The notes below the pieces were generated by a model. It did no database searches. It saw only the letters and a list, made by a program, of their open reading frames with translations, and was not told the DNA's origin. DNA of 64,000 nucleotides from an uncultured Desulfobacter sp. GTDB lineage: Bacteria > Desulfobacterota > Desulfobacteria > Desulfobacterales > Desulfobacteraceae. Positions within the stretch are counted from its first letter, which is position 1; every line of letters begins with the position of its first letter. The stretch spans positions 6,144,001 to 6,208,000 of the forward strand of contig OY762069.1 of NCBI GenBank assembly GCA_963665095.1, read 5' to 3'. A program made the translations under genes and the position numbers. This document shows positions 50,149 to 59,482 of the stretch, piece by piece.

Positions 50149-51339
50149 ATGACACAGGACACTATTCGGGGCAAAGCTGCCATTGTGGGCATCGGAGAAG
50201 TCCCCACAGGTCTTTTTCCGGACCGGTCATTTATAAGCGCTGCCGTGGATGTCTGCGATATGGCGATCAAAGATGCAGGCATACCCAAGGATGAAATAGA
50301 CACGGTGATTCCCATAGGGGTTGTGGGCAATTCTTTGGACAATGCCAATATGATTTGCTCATGGATGATTGAGGAGCTGGGGATGACCAAAACAGCCAAA
50401 GCCAATTTTCAGGTGATGTCAGGCGGCTCCAGTTCTGCAAACTCTTTGAAAGTGGCAACAGCCCTTGTGTGCACCGGACTTTCCAAGGCGGTTCTGGTGG
50501 TCCATTGCGACCGCATGGGCACAGGGGTTTGTCTTGAAAATGCCATAACCCAGTTTTCCAAGGTTTCTGTGAACCAGGAATATGAAACTCCTTACGGGTT
50601 CAGTCAGCTTGCTTTAGGCGGTCTGCTACAGCAGCGGTACATGCATGATACCGGCACCACGGAAAACCAGGTTGCAGCGGTTGTGTCGTCTTTAAGAAAA
50701 TGGGCGGCCTTAAATCCAAATGCCTTTTTAAGAAAACCTAAAAGCGTGGAGGAAATTGTCTCCTCCAAAGTCATTTCATCCCCGGTGCGAAAAAAGATGA
50801 TGAACATTCTTTGTGACGGAGCGGCTGCATTTATCGTCACCACCGCCCAAAGGGCCAGGCAATTGAGCGAACAACCCGCATATATACTGGGGATGTCCTC
50901 AAGAAGCACCAATTTTACCGTTACCCATCAGCCCAAAAATTTTGCCAAATCCTGGGGGCCGGCTGTCACCGAAGCATACCAGATGGCAGGAATCAGCCCA
51001 AAGGATGTTGATGTGGCTGAGATTTATGATGCCTTTCCCTCTTTTGTGCTCATGTCCATGGAGCTGCTTGGGCTGTGTGAAAGGGGCAGGGCAGGGCAGC
51101 TTGTAGAACAGGGGCACACCAGTCCCGGAGGAAAACTTCCGGTATCAACCAACGGTGCCATGATGGCCCAGGGACACACCGGGGCCGGGGGCGGCATCGC
51201 CATTCTGGTGGAAGCGGCCCGGCAGGTCATGGGAAAAGCAGGCGACCGCCAGGTGGAAAAGGCTGATATCGTTGTGGAAACCGCGTCAGGAGGCGTTGGT
51301 ATGGATTTTCATGTGGGTGTACTGGGAAGGGAGGTGTAA
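50149..51339 (+). CDS. SCP2/Ltp2-like thiolase-family protein lacking the nucleophilic Cys
   Basis: AIVGIGE, SGGSSS at the usual Cys site, DGAAA, EIYDAF, NG...GHTG. Confidence 0.85.
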   Translation: MTQDTIRGKAAIVGIGEVPTGLFPDRSFISAAVDVCDMAIKDAGIPKDEIDTVIPIGVVGNSLDNANMICSWMIEELGMTKTAKANFQVMSGGSSSANSLKVATALVCTGLSKAVLVVHCDRMGTGVCLENAITQFSKVSVNQEYETPYGFSQLALGGLLQQRYMHDTGTTENQVAAVVSSLRKWAALNPNAFLRKPKSVEEIVSSKVISSPVRKKMMNILCDGAAAFIVTTAQRARQLSEQPAYILGMSSRSTNFTVTHQPKNFAKSWGPAVTEAYQMAGISPKDVDVAEIYDAFPSFVLMSMELLGLCERGRAGQLVEQGHTSPGGKLPVSTNGAMMAQGHTGAGGGIAILVEAARQVMGKAGDRQVEKADIVVETASGGVGMDFHVGVLGREV

Positions 51340-51341
51340 CA

Positions 51342-51752
51342 ATGGCTGAATATACCAAACCACTGCCGGTAATGACCGAGTTAAGCAGGCAGTTTTATGA
51401 TGGATGCAAAAACAATCAACTGCTGTACCAGAAATGCGAAGATTGCGGGGAGGTGATTTTTTTTCCAAAGCTGCTCTGCTCCAACTGCATGGGCCGCAAC
51501 CTGAGCTGGCAAAAGTCCTCGGGCAGGGGCAAAATTTTCTCATTCACGGTCACCTATGATGCGGCCCCGCCGGAATTCATGCCCTATGTACCCTTTGTGC
51601 TTGCCGTGGTCACCCTGGAAGAAGGGTTCAATATCCTGACCAATATTGAGGATTGTGAATTTGATGATATCTGCTGCGATATGCCGGTACAGGTGAAGTT
51701 TGACCCGGTCACCCCGGAAGTGACCCTGCCCAAATTTATTCCCGCCGGATAA
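51342..51752 (+). CDS. DUF35 Zn-ribbon/OB-fold protein
   Basis: QKCEDCG...CSNC, GKIFSFTV, VTLEEG. Confidence 0.9.
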   Translation: MAEYTKPLPVMTELSRQFYDGCKNNQLLYQKCEDCGEVIFFPKLLCSNCMGRNLSWQKSSGRGKIFSFTVTYDAAPPEFMPYVPFVLAVVTLEEGFNILTNIEDCEFDDICCDMPVQVKFDPVTPEVTLPKFIPAG

Positions 51753-51927
51753 GCAGTTCAGGCTTACGTTCAAAATCAACACTTCCAAAGATGCACAGGA
51801 TTTTGGCTGCAAGCCTTATAAAAAAATACGGGAAAAACAGTAATGCCGCATATCTGTTTTTCCCCATGTACCTTAAGAATCCGCATCTGAAAAATGTATC
51901 ACCATTTTTATATAAGGAGGAGGCTCT

Positions 51928-52200
51928 ATGAGTTCAGCCGCATAAAAAACCGAAGACTAAAGCCTGATTTTTGAACCCGTCACCATTGGCAATGTGGGAA
52001 TTAAAAATTAGGGTTGCCATAGCACCAATGAACATGAATTACACTGGTCCGGACCGCCAGGTATGAGCAGTATGTGGATGAATATGCCCGCAGCCTCATT
52101 CTTCCCATTAAAAAAAGGGTGTGGCAGGCCCTTTCGGAAATCGGCACAGAGCCAAGTATGCCCATGGATATAGGACCGGAAGACGTTTGAATCATCCCTG
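51928..52200 (+). pseudogene. Remnant of an NADH:flavin oxidoreductase (Old Yellow Enzyme family)
   Basis: After RBS AAGGAGG: M...*...SLIFEPVTIGNVGIKN/(frameshift)RVAIAPMNMNY, the family N-terminal signature; 3' limit uncertain. Confidence 0.65.
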
Positions 52201-52283
52201 TCGCCGACGTGAAACGGCGAAATCTTTATAACCAGTTTAAGAAATATAAACCGATCAAATAAAACTGTAAGGGAGATTTTAAT

Positions 52284-53216
52284 ATGAAGATTTATGATAC
52301 CCATGTTCATCTGTTCAGTGAAGAGAGCATTCCTGAGGCCTATAAAATGGGAATGGCCAGAACCATGCGACTGGTATTGAAAAACAAGCACAACATGGAC
52401 ATGTCCCTGGAAGAGGCAAGGAACAACCTGATTCCCGGCATGTATGATCCTGACGGCCAGAAATTTCTGGCCCAGATGGACAGTGCCGGCATTGATAAAG
52501 CCGTTATATTCGGATCGGATTTTGGCCGGGAACTTGGGGACCCGCCGCTGCATCCCTTTGAGATCAACCATCATTATGCCCGGCTTGCCAAAAGCCATCC
52601 GGACCGATTTCTTGCGCTTTGCGCCCTTGATCCCAGGCGGCCCAAAGCCTTGGCCCATGCGGAACAATGCATTGAAGAGCTGGGAATGGGCGGGTTCAAG
52701 CTCCATACGGCCGCAGGCTTTTATCCAACCGATGAAATCATGTACCCCCTTTATGAAAAATGCGCCCAATGGAATGTCCCCCTGGTGTTTCATACCGGTG
52801 CCCAGCCGGCAGCACCAGTGCACTTAGATACCCAGCGCTCTTTATTTTTAGCTGAAGCTGCCACCCGGTTTCCGGACACCAAATTCATCATGGCCCATGT
52901 GGCAATGGATCTGTGGGAGGAGGCGGTGATGTACGGCAAACTGATCCCCAACCTCTATTTTGATCTTTCCTACCACCAGTTTAATTTTCATACCTGGGGA
53001 ACAAAAAAATTTTATAATTGGCTCAGATTCCTGATTGATGAATGCGGTGCATCAAGGCTGATGTGGGCCACGGATGCACCTTTGCCCTGCACCATGATGT
53101 CTCCGGAAGAGTGGGTCAAGGTGTTTACCAAGCCCGATTCCGACATCACCTTTACCCAAGAGGAGATTGAAATGATCATGTCGGGCACAGCATCTTCGGT
53201 ATTTCAACTGGATTGA
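52284..53216 (+). CDS. Amidohydrolase_2-family metal-dependent hydrolase/decarboxylase
   Basis: DTHVH, GFKLH, FHTG, MAH, WATD. Confidence 0.88.
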   Translation: MKIYDTHVHLFSEESIPEAYKMGMARTMRLVLKNKHNMDMSLEEARNNLIPGMYDPDGQKFLAQMDSAGIDKAVIFGSDFGRELGDPPLHPFEINHHYARLAKSHPDRFLALCALDPRRPKALAHAEQCIEELGMGGFKLHTAAGFYPTDEIMYPLYEKCAQWNVPLVFHTGAQPAAPVHLDTQRSLFLAEAATRFPDTKFIMAHVAMDLWEEAVMYGKLIPNLYFDLSYHQFNFHTWGTKKFYNWLRFLIDECGASRLMWATDAPLPCTMMSPEEWVKVFTKPDSDITFTQEEIEMIMSGTASSVFQLD

Positions 53217-53254
53217 TCCGGATTTTCACCCTTTGTAAAGGAGGTAGTATTCCC

Positions 53255-55135
53255 ATGGCAGATACAGATTTGATACGAGATATAAATGATATCCTGGAAA
53301 TTGAAAAAACACCTGTTTCCCGGCGTCTGGACGTTAAAAGCACCCTGGCAGCCCTTGAAAAGGGGGCAGGCGTCAACCCAGGGGCCCCGGCACTGCATTT
53401 TCTTCAAACAGGAGAGGATTACAACGCCCCTGTAACCATTTCCTATAAAGACTTTCTGGCCAATGTCTACCGGACAGCCAATATGCTCCATGACCTGGGC
53501 GTGGGCCCCAATGATGTGGTAAGCTACATGCTGCCCAATCTTCCCCAGACCCATTACGTCCTTTGGGGGGCGGAAGCTGCAGGAATCGTCAACCCCATAA
53601 ACCCCATGCTGGAACCTAAAGCCATCACAGATATTTGCACGGCAGCCGGAACCAAAGTGCTTGTGGCGTTAGGACCCACCCCGGGCACCGACATCTGGGA
53701 AAAGGTCCAAGCCGTGAAAAAGGATCTGCCGGCCCTGGAACATGTGATTTGCGTGTCACAACAGCCGGTTGAGGGAAAAGGTGTATTGGCATTCAACGAT
53801 GAGATCAAAAAATACAGCGCAAACGGGCTTGCCTTTACCCGGGACATCGCACCCCACGACATTGCCTCCATTTACCACACCGGCGGTACCACAGGCAGGC
53901 CCAAGCTTGCAAAGCGAACCCACTATAATGAAATTATAATGGCCTGGATTATTAAAAAAATGGTTGGGTTTACCAAGGACTCCACCCTGCTTTGCGGTTT
54001 GCCTTTGTTCCATTGCAACGGCACCATTGTCACAGGGCTTGCCCCGTTTACAGTGGGGGCAGCCGTGGTACTGCTGTCTCCTGCCGGATACCGGAATCCT
54101 TTGGTTATCAAACATTTTTATAAAATTGTTGAAGCCTTTGGTGCCAATTTCTTTTCTGCGGTTCCCACGGTGTTGTCCATGCTTCTGGATACACCGGTAA
54201 AAAATACGGATATATCCTCACTCCAGTACGCCATTTGCGGGGCTGCCCCCTTAAGCAGGGAGCTTTTCAAGCGGTTTGAGGCCCACACCGGCATAAAACT
54301 GCTTGAAGGATACGGATTAACCGAAGGCGGAGTGGCGTCTGCCCTGAATCCCAAGGATGGAGAAAGAAAGGTCGGCAGTATTGGCATCCGCATGCCCTAC
54401 CAGGATGTAAAGCTTATGGCCACCGATGAGAAAGGAAACTTTCTTGGCCCGGCCAAAGCCGGTCAAATCGGCGTCATTGCCGTAAAAGGCCCCAATATTT
54501 TTAAAGGATATGTGGAAGATATTCATAACAAGGGCATCTGGTTTCCCGACGGGTATTATAATACCGGGGACCTTGGCAGAATGGATGAAGACGGATATTT
54601 ATGGCTCACCGGAAGAAAAAAGGAGCTGATCATCAGAGGGGGCCACAATATTGATCCGGCAACCATTGAAGAGGTGTTGTACAACATGCCGGAAATACAA
54701 ACCGCAGCAGCTGTGCCATGGCCGGATAAACATGCAGGAGAGGTACCTGTGGCCTATGTTCAGCTGTCAAAGGATGCCACCCTTAATGAAGCACAGATCC
54801 TTGAGTATGCCAAAACCCATATTGGTGAAAGAGCAGCCATACCCAAAAAGATCATAATCATTGATGAAATACCCCTTACCACCGTGGGCAAAATTTTTAA
54901 GCCCGCCCTGCGAAGGGATGCAATTAAACAAGCGGTTGAACAGGAACTTGACCCCATAAAAACAGATTTTAAAGATATCCGGGTTGCGGTCAAAGAAGAT
55001 AAAAAATATGGAGAACTTGTAACAATAACGGTTAGGGCCCAAAATGAAAACAATTTTGAACAGGCAAAAAACCAGATCAATAAAACACTGAGCCAGTATA
55101 CTGTGGCCATGGAAGTTATAATGCCAGTCAAATGA
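53255..55135 (+). CDS. Acyl-CoA synthetase (AMP-forming)
   Basis: HTGGTTGRPK, GYGLTE, TGDLG, IIRGGHNIDP, VGKIFKP; start MADTD after AAGGAGG. Confidence 0.92.
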   Translation: MADTDLIRDINDILEIEKTPVSRRLDVKSTLAALEKGAGVNPGAPALHFLQTGEDYNAPVTISYKDFLANVYRTANMLHDLGVGPNDVVSYMLPNLPQTHYVLWGAEAAGIVNPINPMLEPKAITDICTAAGTKVLVALGPTPGTDIWEKVQAVKKDLPALEHVICVSQQPVEGKGVLAFNDEIKKYSANGLAFTRDIAPHDIASIYHTGGTTGRPKLAKRTHYNEIIMAWIIKKMVGFTKDSTLLCGLPLFHCNGTIVTGLAPFTVGAAVVLLSPAGYRNPLVIKHFYKIVEAFGANFFSAVPTVLSMLLDTPVKNTDISSLQYAICGAAPLSRELFKRFEAHTGIKLLEGYGLTEGGVASALNPKDGERKVGSIGIRMPYQDVKLMATDEKGNFLGPAKAGQIGVIAVKGPNIFKGYVEDIHNKGIWFPDGYYNTGDLGRMDEDGYLWLTGRKKELIIRGGHNIDPATIEEVLYNMPEIQTAAAVPWPDKHAGEVPVAYVQLSKDATLNEAQILEYAKTHIGERAAIPKKIIIIDEIPLTTVGKIFKPALRRDAIKQAVEQELDPIKTDFKDIRVAVKEDKKYGELVTITVRAQNENNFEQAKNQINKTLSQYTVAMEVIMPVK

Positions 55136-55203
55136 CTTGATATTTATATTAACTTCATGTGGTATAGTCGATTCGAAGTTTGTCCAGAATCAAGAGCACA
55201 ACT

Positions 55204-55356
55204 ATGGCCCAAGGCAAAGCACTTACGCCGGAAGTGAAAAAAGCAATAGTGGCTCTAAAATAATATTTTGACCGTACAGCAAATGATATAGAGGAACAGG
55301 AAGCATAACGTCCAAAGGGTAGTAAATGCCCTTGGGTTTGGTTTTGCAACAGTAAG
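55204..55356 (+). pseudogene. Degenerate HTH-containing gene remnant (possibly a transposase N-terminus) cut by IS1634
   Basis: MAQGKALTPEVKKAIVALK*YFDR...VQRVVNALGFGFATV with stops and a frameshift; ends at the IS boundary. Confidence 0.4.
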
Positions 55357-57248
55357 CTCCTGTTCGACAGTCATAGGTTTACAAAAACTCAAAAACAGCG
55401 CAAATAAAGGGATACGGCGATCGGCAAAAATGGCGTAGTGCCTACAAATTTAGGGGGTGGCTTGAATGGATGTGACCATTTTATGAGGTGATATCTTCAA
55501 TTTTTTGAATATGTTGCGCTGATTTGGAGTCAATTCTGTGTACTGTAGTATACGTCCATCTTTATGCAAAAATTTCCCCAGATGCAGGCGCTCGAGCTCG
55601 GCCCGCACCCGCGGCCAGGTCATGCCGACCTCAAGTTCCGCGATCCTTACCAGCAGCAGGGCAAGCCAGCATAGCAGGACATGGGATCTGATGCGGTCGT
55701 CCTTGGTATGATAGACCGGCCTGAGGGACAGGGTTGATTTCAGTGTACGGAAAGCCCGCTCAACCTCCATTAGCTGTTTATAGCCAAGGGCTACGTCTTC
55801 AGCAGACAAACTTTTGTCGCTGGTGCTTAAAAGATACTTGCCATCCAGCTTTTCGTATTGCCTGACCTTGGCTTTGTCCACAGCGAACTTCCCGGATTTC
55901 AACTCCTTGAGATACCTGCCCATGGACCGGTGGGCAAGCAGGGCATATTTTGCCTTGAGAAGGGATTTTTCCTGTAGCGTACCCATAGCTTCCAGTTCAG
56001 CCTTGATCCGTTCCAGATTTCTTTCACGGACATGCTTGTCGTGTTCAGCCTGCTCTGGATTGTACGCAACAACAAATCGGCGTTTCCCGCTACCCTCTCC
56101 GACATAGACCGCATTAATATGAAGGTTCTCTTTGATCACCTTAAAGCGTCCACCCCGGTTCAGGGCTTCTTCGTTCAGATTAGGCCCCCTGAGCTTTTCC
56201 CCCAGGATATACTGCCCGCCGGCTTTCTGCAGAATTTTACGGTTCTCTTCGCTGGTTATCCCCCGATCCATGGCCCAGATTACATGACCCAGTCTCCAGT
56301 CATTCATATCACGCTGGATCTGCTCCACGCATTTTGCATCGTTCTGATTGCCGGGCATTGCCCGGCATCGTACCGGAATGCCTTCCCGTGTTACGGCTAA
56401 ACCGATGGTGACCTGAGGACTGTCCTCCCGTTTGTGTTTGGATTTCCCGAATGCCAGTAACTCCGAGTCTCCAGGATCATCCATCTCAAAATAGGTATTT
56501 GTGGTGTCAAAAAAAATCAGATCAACCGTAAGGTTGAGCAAATTGGCAGTCGCCCGGAAAACCTTTTCCTGAATGACAGCTTCATGCTTGAGCAGGAAAT
56601 CCATGCTGCGGTAGAGATGCTGAACCTGAAGAGGGTCTTCAATGCCCAGGTGCACGTCCTTGGCTGCCCATTCTTCAACGGCAAGTTTCGAACAAGGTGC
56701 CAGTGCCCTGTTTGCAACCAGGGCAAAGATGGCGTCCGCAATGGGGGCGGTAAAGGCCCTGTCCGTCAACGCCTGGGCAAGGCACTTGTCTATGCCGATA
56801 CGGTTCCACAGGCCTTTGAGCAGGAGCGCCCCTCCTGCCGGGCGACTGGATTCAAACTTCAATCCCTGCCCCTGCGCTTCTAATGCCTGCGCATCTTCCG
56901 GGCTTATAAACCGGCTAAGACTGCTGACGAGGCGCTTAAGGGCTTCCACATCAAGCTGGTCTCGCCGTCCGAAGGAGTGGATGACCTCGGCCCGGGAATA
57001 GCCTTTTTCGGGGTGCCGGGCATTGTGGGCCAACTGAACGTACTCAACCTCAGATCCATCCTTGTTCTTTCGTTTTATTGTGCGCACATACATGCCTATA
57101 TATAAAGCATGAATTCACTAATATGTCATTCTATATAATCAGAGTCGTGTGCCTACACGTTTTGGCGCCGAGAACTACATTTTTGCTGAAATTATTGGAA
57201 ATCCTGACAAAATTTCGAAAAAATGAACCTACAACTGTCGAACAGGAG
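55357..57248 (-). mobile_element. IS1634-family insertion sequence
   Basis: TIRs CTCCTGTTCGACAGT.. / ..ACTGTCGAACAGGAG; internal repeat GTGCCTACA at 55438 and 57149; no target duplication. Confidence 0.9.
55450..57093 (-). CDS. IS1634-family DDE transposase
   Basis: FFDTT, GKSKHKR, MDRG, DGKY, VERAFRTLK, LRPVYH...RIRSHV. Confidence 0.93.
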   Translation of the reverse strand: MYVRTIKRKNKDGSEVEYVQLAHNARHPEKGYSRAEVIHSFGRRDQLDVEALKRLVSSLSRFISPEDAQALEAQGQGLKFESSRPAGGALLLKGLWNRIGIDKCLAQALTDRAFTAPIADAIFALVANRALAPCSKLAVEEWAAKDVHLGIEDPLQVQHLYRSMDFLLKHEAVIQEKVFRATANLLNLTVDLIFFDTTNTYFEMDDPGDSELLAFGKSKHKREDSPQVTIGLAVTREGIPVRCRAMPGNQNDAKCVEQIQRDMNDWRLGHVIWAMDRGITSEENRKILQKAGGQYILGEKLRGPNLNEEALNRGGRFKVIKENLHINAVYVGEGSGKRRFVVAYNPEQAEHDKHVRERNLERIKAELEAMGTLQEKSLLKAKYALLAHRSMGRYLKELKSGKFAVDKAKVRQYEKLDGKYLLSTSDKSLSAEDVALGYKQLMEVERAFRTLKSTLSLRPVYHTKDDRIRSHVLLCWLALLLVRIAELEVGMTWPRVRAELERLHLGKFLHKDGRILQYTELTPNQRNIFKKLKISPHKMVTSIQATP

Positions 57249-57644
57249 ATTATCATTGAAAAAGAGTATGAACCAAATTTGCCTGAGATTTTATGTGAGG
57301 GAACGAAAATTCAGCAGGTGCTGCTGAACATTTTGACCAACGGAGCCCAGGCCATGGCTGCCAGTCCGCCGGGGACACAGCCTAAATTTATTATCAGGCT
57401 TTCCCATGATACACAGAAGCGCATGCTCTGCATGGAGATCGAAGACAATGGTCCGGGCATAGAGCTTGATGTGAAAAAACGAATCTTTGAACCATTTTTT
57501 ACCACCAAACCTGTGGGGGTGGGCACAGGGCTTGGCCTGTCCGTTTCCTACTTCATTATTACGAAAAATCACAACGGTACCCTGGAGGTTGAGTCCCAGC
57601 CCGGTCAGGGAGCCCGGTTTATCATTCGCCTGCCGCGGATTTAG
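57249..57644 (+). pseudogene. C-terminal HATPase fragment of a histidine kinase
   Basis: QQVLLNILTNGAQAM, DNGPGI, FEPFFTTK, GTGLGL start right at the IS end; no H-box. Confidence 0.85.
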
Positions 57645-57682
57645 TTTCGGAATCAAATATATGGTTTCATGTTTACGGCTGC

Positions 57683-58345
57683 TCAGGCTACCCTGCACCC
57701 CCTGCTTTCAGATTTCCCAACACCTGTTGTAAGCATTCCCTGTGCCCCGTAATAGGTAAGCATGATCCATAAACTTGAATTTGGAATGGGTGACATAAAC
57801 CGGGAAACCGCAATCATGGCATCGGAAAATATAAACAGACAGGCCCCTGCAATGACCAGCCAGTGATTGTAACGGCCCAGGCAGGCTGAAACACCCATGG
57901 CAAGTATGATTGCAAGATAAACAATAATGGGGATTTTCATAGGTCCGAGGTGGGGCAATAACAGCCAGGCCAGGCCCAGACCGGCAAAGACCATGGCACC
58001 CATGATGAAGCCTTTTGTCAAGCGCCATTCAGGCCGGCGTTTAAAAAGAAAAATATAGCAGATGTGGGCCAGGATAAAAGCCCCCATGCCAGCTTCAAAC
58101 AGACCCGGACCGGTCATCTCCAGCAGGATATCTCCCAGGGCGGAAAACAGCAGACCGGCCCCCATAAGGCGCTTGGGAGCCGGTTGGAAATTTAGATATG
58201 CGATTCCGGCCAGACACAGAACAGGAACGGTCTTGACCAGCCAGCTTAAGGGGTAAGGCCTTGCCCCAAGACTGAACAAAAAACCGATCCCGAAAAGAAA
58301 GAAGCCTGCCACCAATATTAAATTTATTAACTGTCGGCGATCCAT
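57683..58345 (-). CDS. YhhN/lysoplasmalogenase family membrane protein
   Basis: FSALGDILL, FILAHICY, FIFSDAMI, TYYGAQ. Confidence 0.88.
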   Translation of the reverse strand: MDRRQLINLILVAGFFLFGIGFLFSLGARPYPLSWLVKTVPVLCLAGIAYLNFQPAPKRLMGAGLLFSALGDILLEMTGPGLFEAGMGAFILAHICYIFLFKRRPEWRLTKGFIMGAMVFAGLGLAWLLLPHLGPMKIPIIVYLAIILAMGVSACLGRYNHWLVIAGACLFIFSDAMIAVSRFMSPIPNSSLWIMLTYYGAQGMLTTGVGKSESRGCRVA

Positions 58346-58357
58346 ATCCTGTCCCCT

Positions 58358-59287
58358 TCAGGTAAAATGCCGGCCCTGGTACGAGTCCCTCTCTTCCAGG
58401 CAGTGCTGGATCATATTAAAGGTCTCTCTGTACCGGGCCGCCCATAACGGGGCCACAAGCTCATTGGCATGGGGGTCCCCGGTGATCCGCTGGATAATCA
58501 TTGTTTTTGGCAGTCGCTCCAGATAGTCGCAGACCAGGTTCACATATTCCTGCTGGTCCAGCGGGGTGTATTGCCCCTTGGCGTACATCCGGTCCAGTGC
58601 CGTTCCCTTCACCACATAGAGTAAATGGATCTTTACCCCGTTCACGCCCAGGTCAGCCAGCACCCTGGCGCTTTCCAGCATCATCTGCCTTGATTCTCCG
58701 GGCAGGCCCAGAATAATATGGGCGCATATATAAAGCTTTTTTTTCTGAGCGGTCAGTGCCATTGCTTTTTCAAAGGTGCTGAAGTCGTGCCCCCGGTTGA
58801 TCAGGGTCAGGGTTTTGTCATATACCGACTGAAGCCCGTATTCCAGCCAGATCAGAAAATTTTGGGTATAGGAGTCCAGCAGATCAATTTTTTCCTTGTC
58901 CACGCAATCAGGCCTGGTCCCCACAGCCATGCCCACCACTCCGTCACAGGAAAGTGCCTCGTCATACAATGCCTTAAGGTGGGCCACCGGGGCATAGGTA
59001 TTGGTGAAAGACTGGAAATACGCCAGAAATTTTTTGGCTTTGTATTTTTTTATGGCGCCGATTTTTCCGGCATCAATCTGCTGGGAAACGGACAACCCCC
59101 TGGCAAAGGCACCGGTGCCGGAGCCCTTTGAATTGCAATATATGCATCCTGCATGGGACAGGGTGCCATCCCGGTTGGGGCAGGTCATGCCGGCATCCAC
59201 TGAAATTTTCTGTACCCGTTCTCCAAACAGGTTTCGAAGGTAGGCATTATAATCCGAATACCGCTTGGGCCTGTCTACATCTGCCAA
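58358..59287 (-). CDS. TIGR01212 (YhcC-like) radical SAM protein
   Basis: CPNRDG...GCIYC, YFQSFTNTY, GTRPDC, QRITGD; start set at TTG 59287 after GGAGG. Confidence 0.9.
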   Translation of the reverse strand: MADVDRPKRYSDYNAYLRNLFGERVQKISVDAGMTCPNRDGTLSHAGCIYCNSKGSGTGAFARGLSVSQQIDAGKIGAIKKYKAKKFLAYFQSFTNTYAPVAHLKALYDEALSCDGVVGMAVGTRPDCVDKEKIDLLDSYTQNFLIWLEYGLQSVYDKTLTLINRGHDFSTFEKAMALTAQKKKLYICAHIILGLPGESRQMMLESARVLADLGVNGVKIHLLYVVKGTALDRMYAKGQYTPLDQQEYVNLVCDYLERLPKTMIIQRITGDPHANELVAPLWAARYRETFNMIQHCLEERDSYQGRHFT

Positions 59288-59482
59288 ATTGCGCCTCCAG
59301 TTCCTAACACAGTGTCCCTGGGGAACATCCTTATAGCTATACGTATATGAGGTAAATCCATCTCGGGTCTTCTCGTCCATATGGTTTTAAAGGCATTCAG
59401 TTTACAGATTCCATCATGGTTTGCCAACCTGTGACAGTCGAATCTTGACCAAAACTCTGAAACTATAGTATTTTAGGCCGCC

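Noticed and set aside
57078..57248. N-terminal part of the 188-aa ORF
   Set aside because: Lies inside the IS end; chance read-through into the kinase fragment
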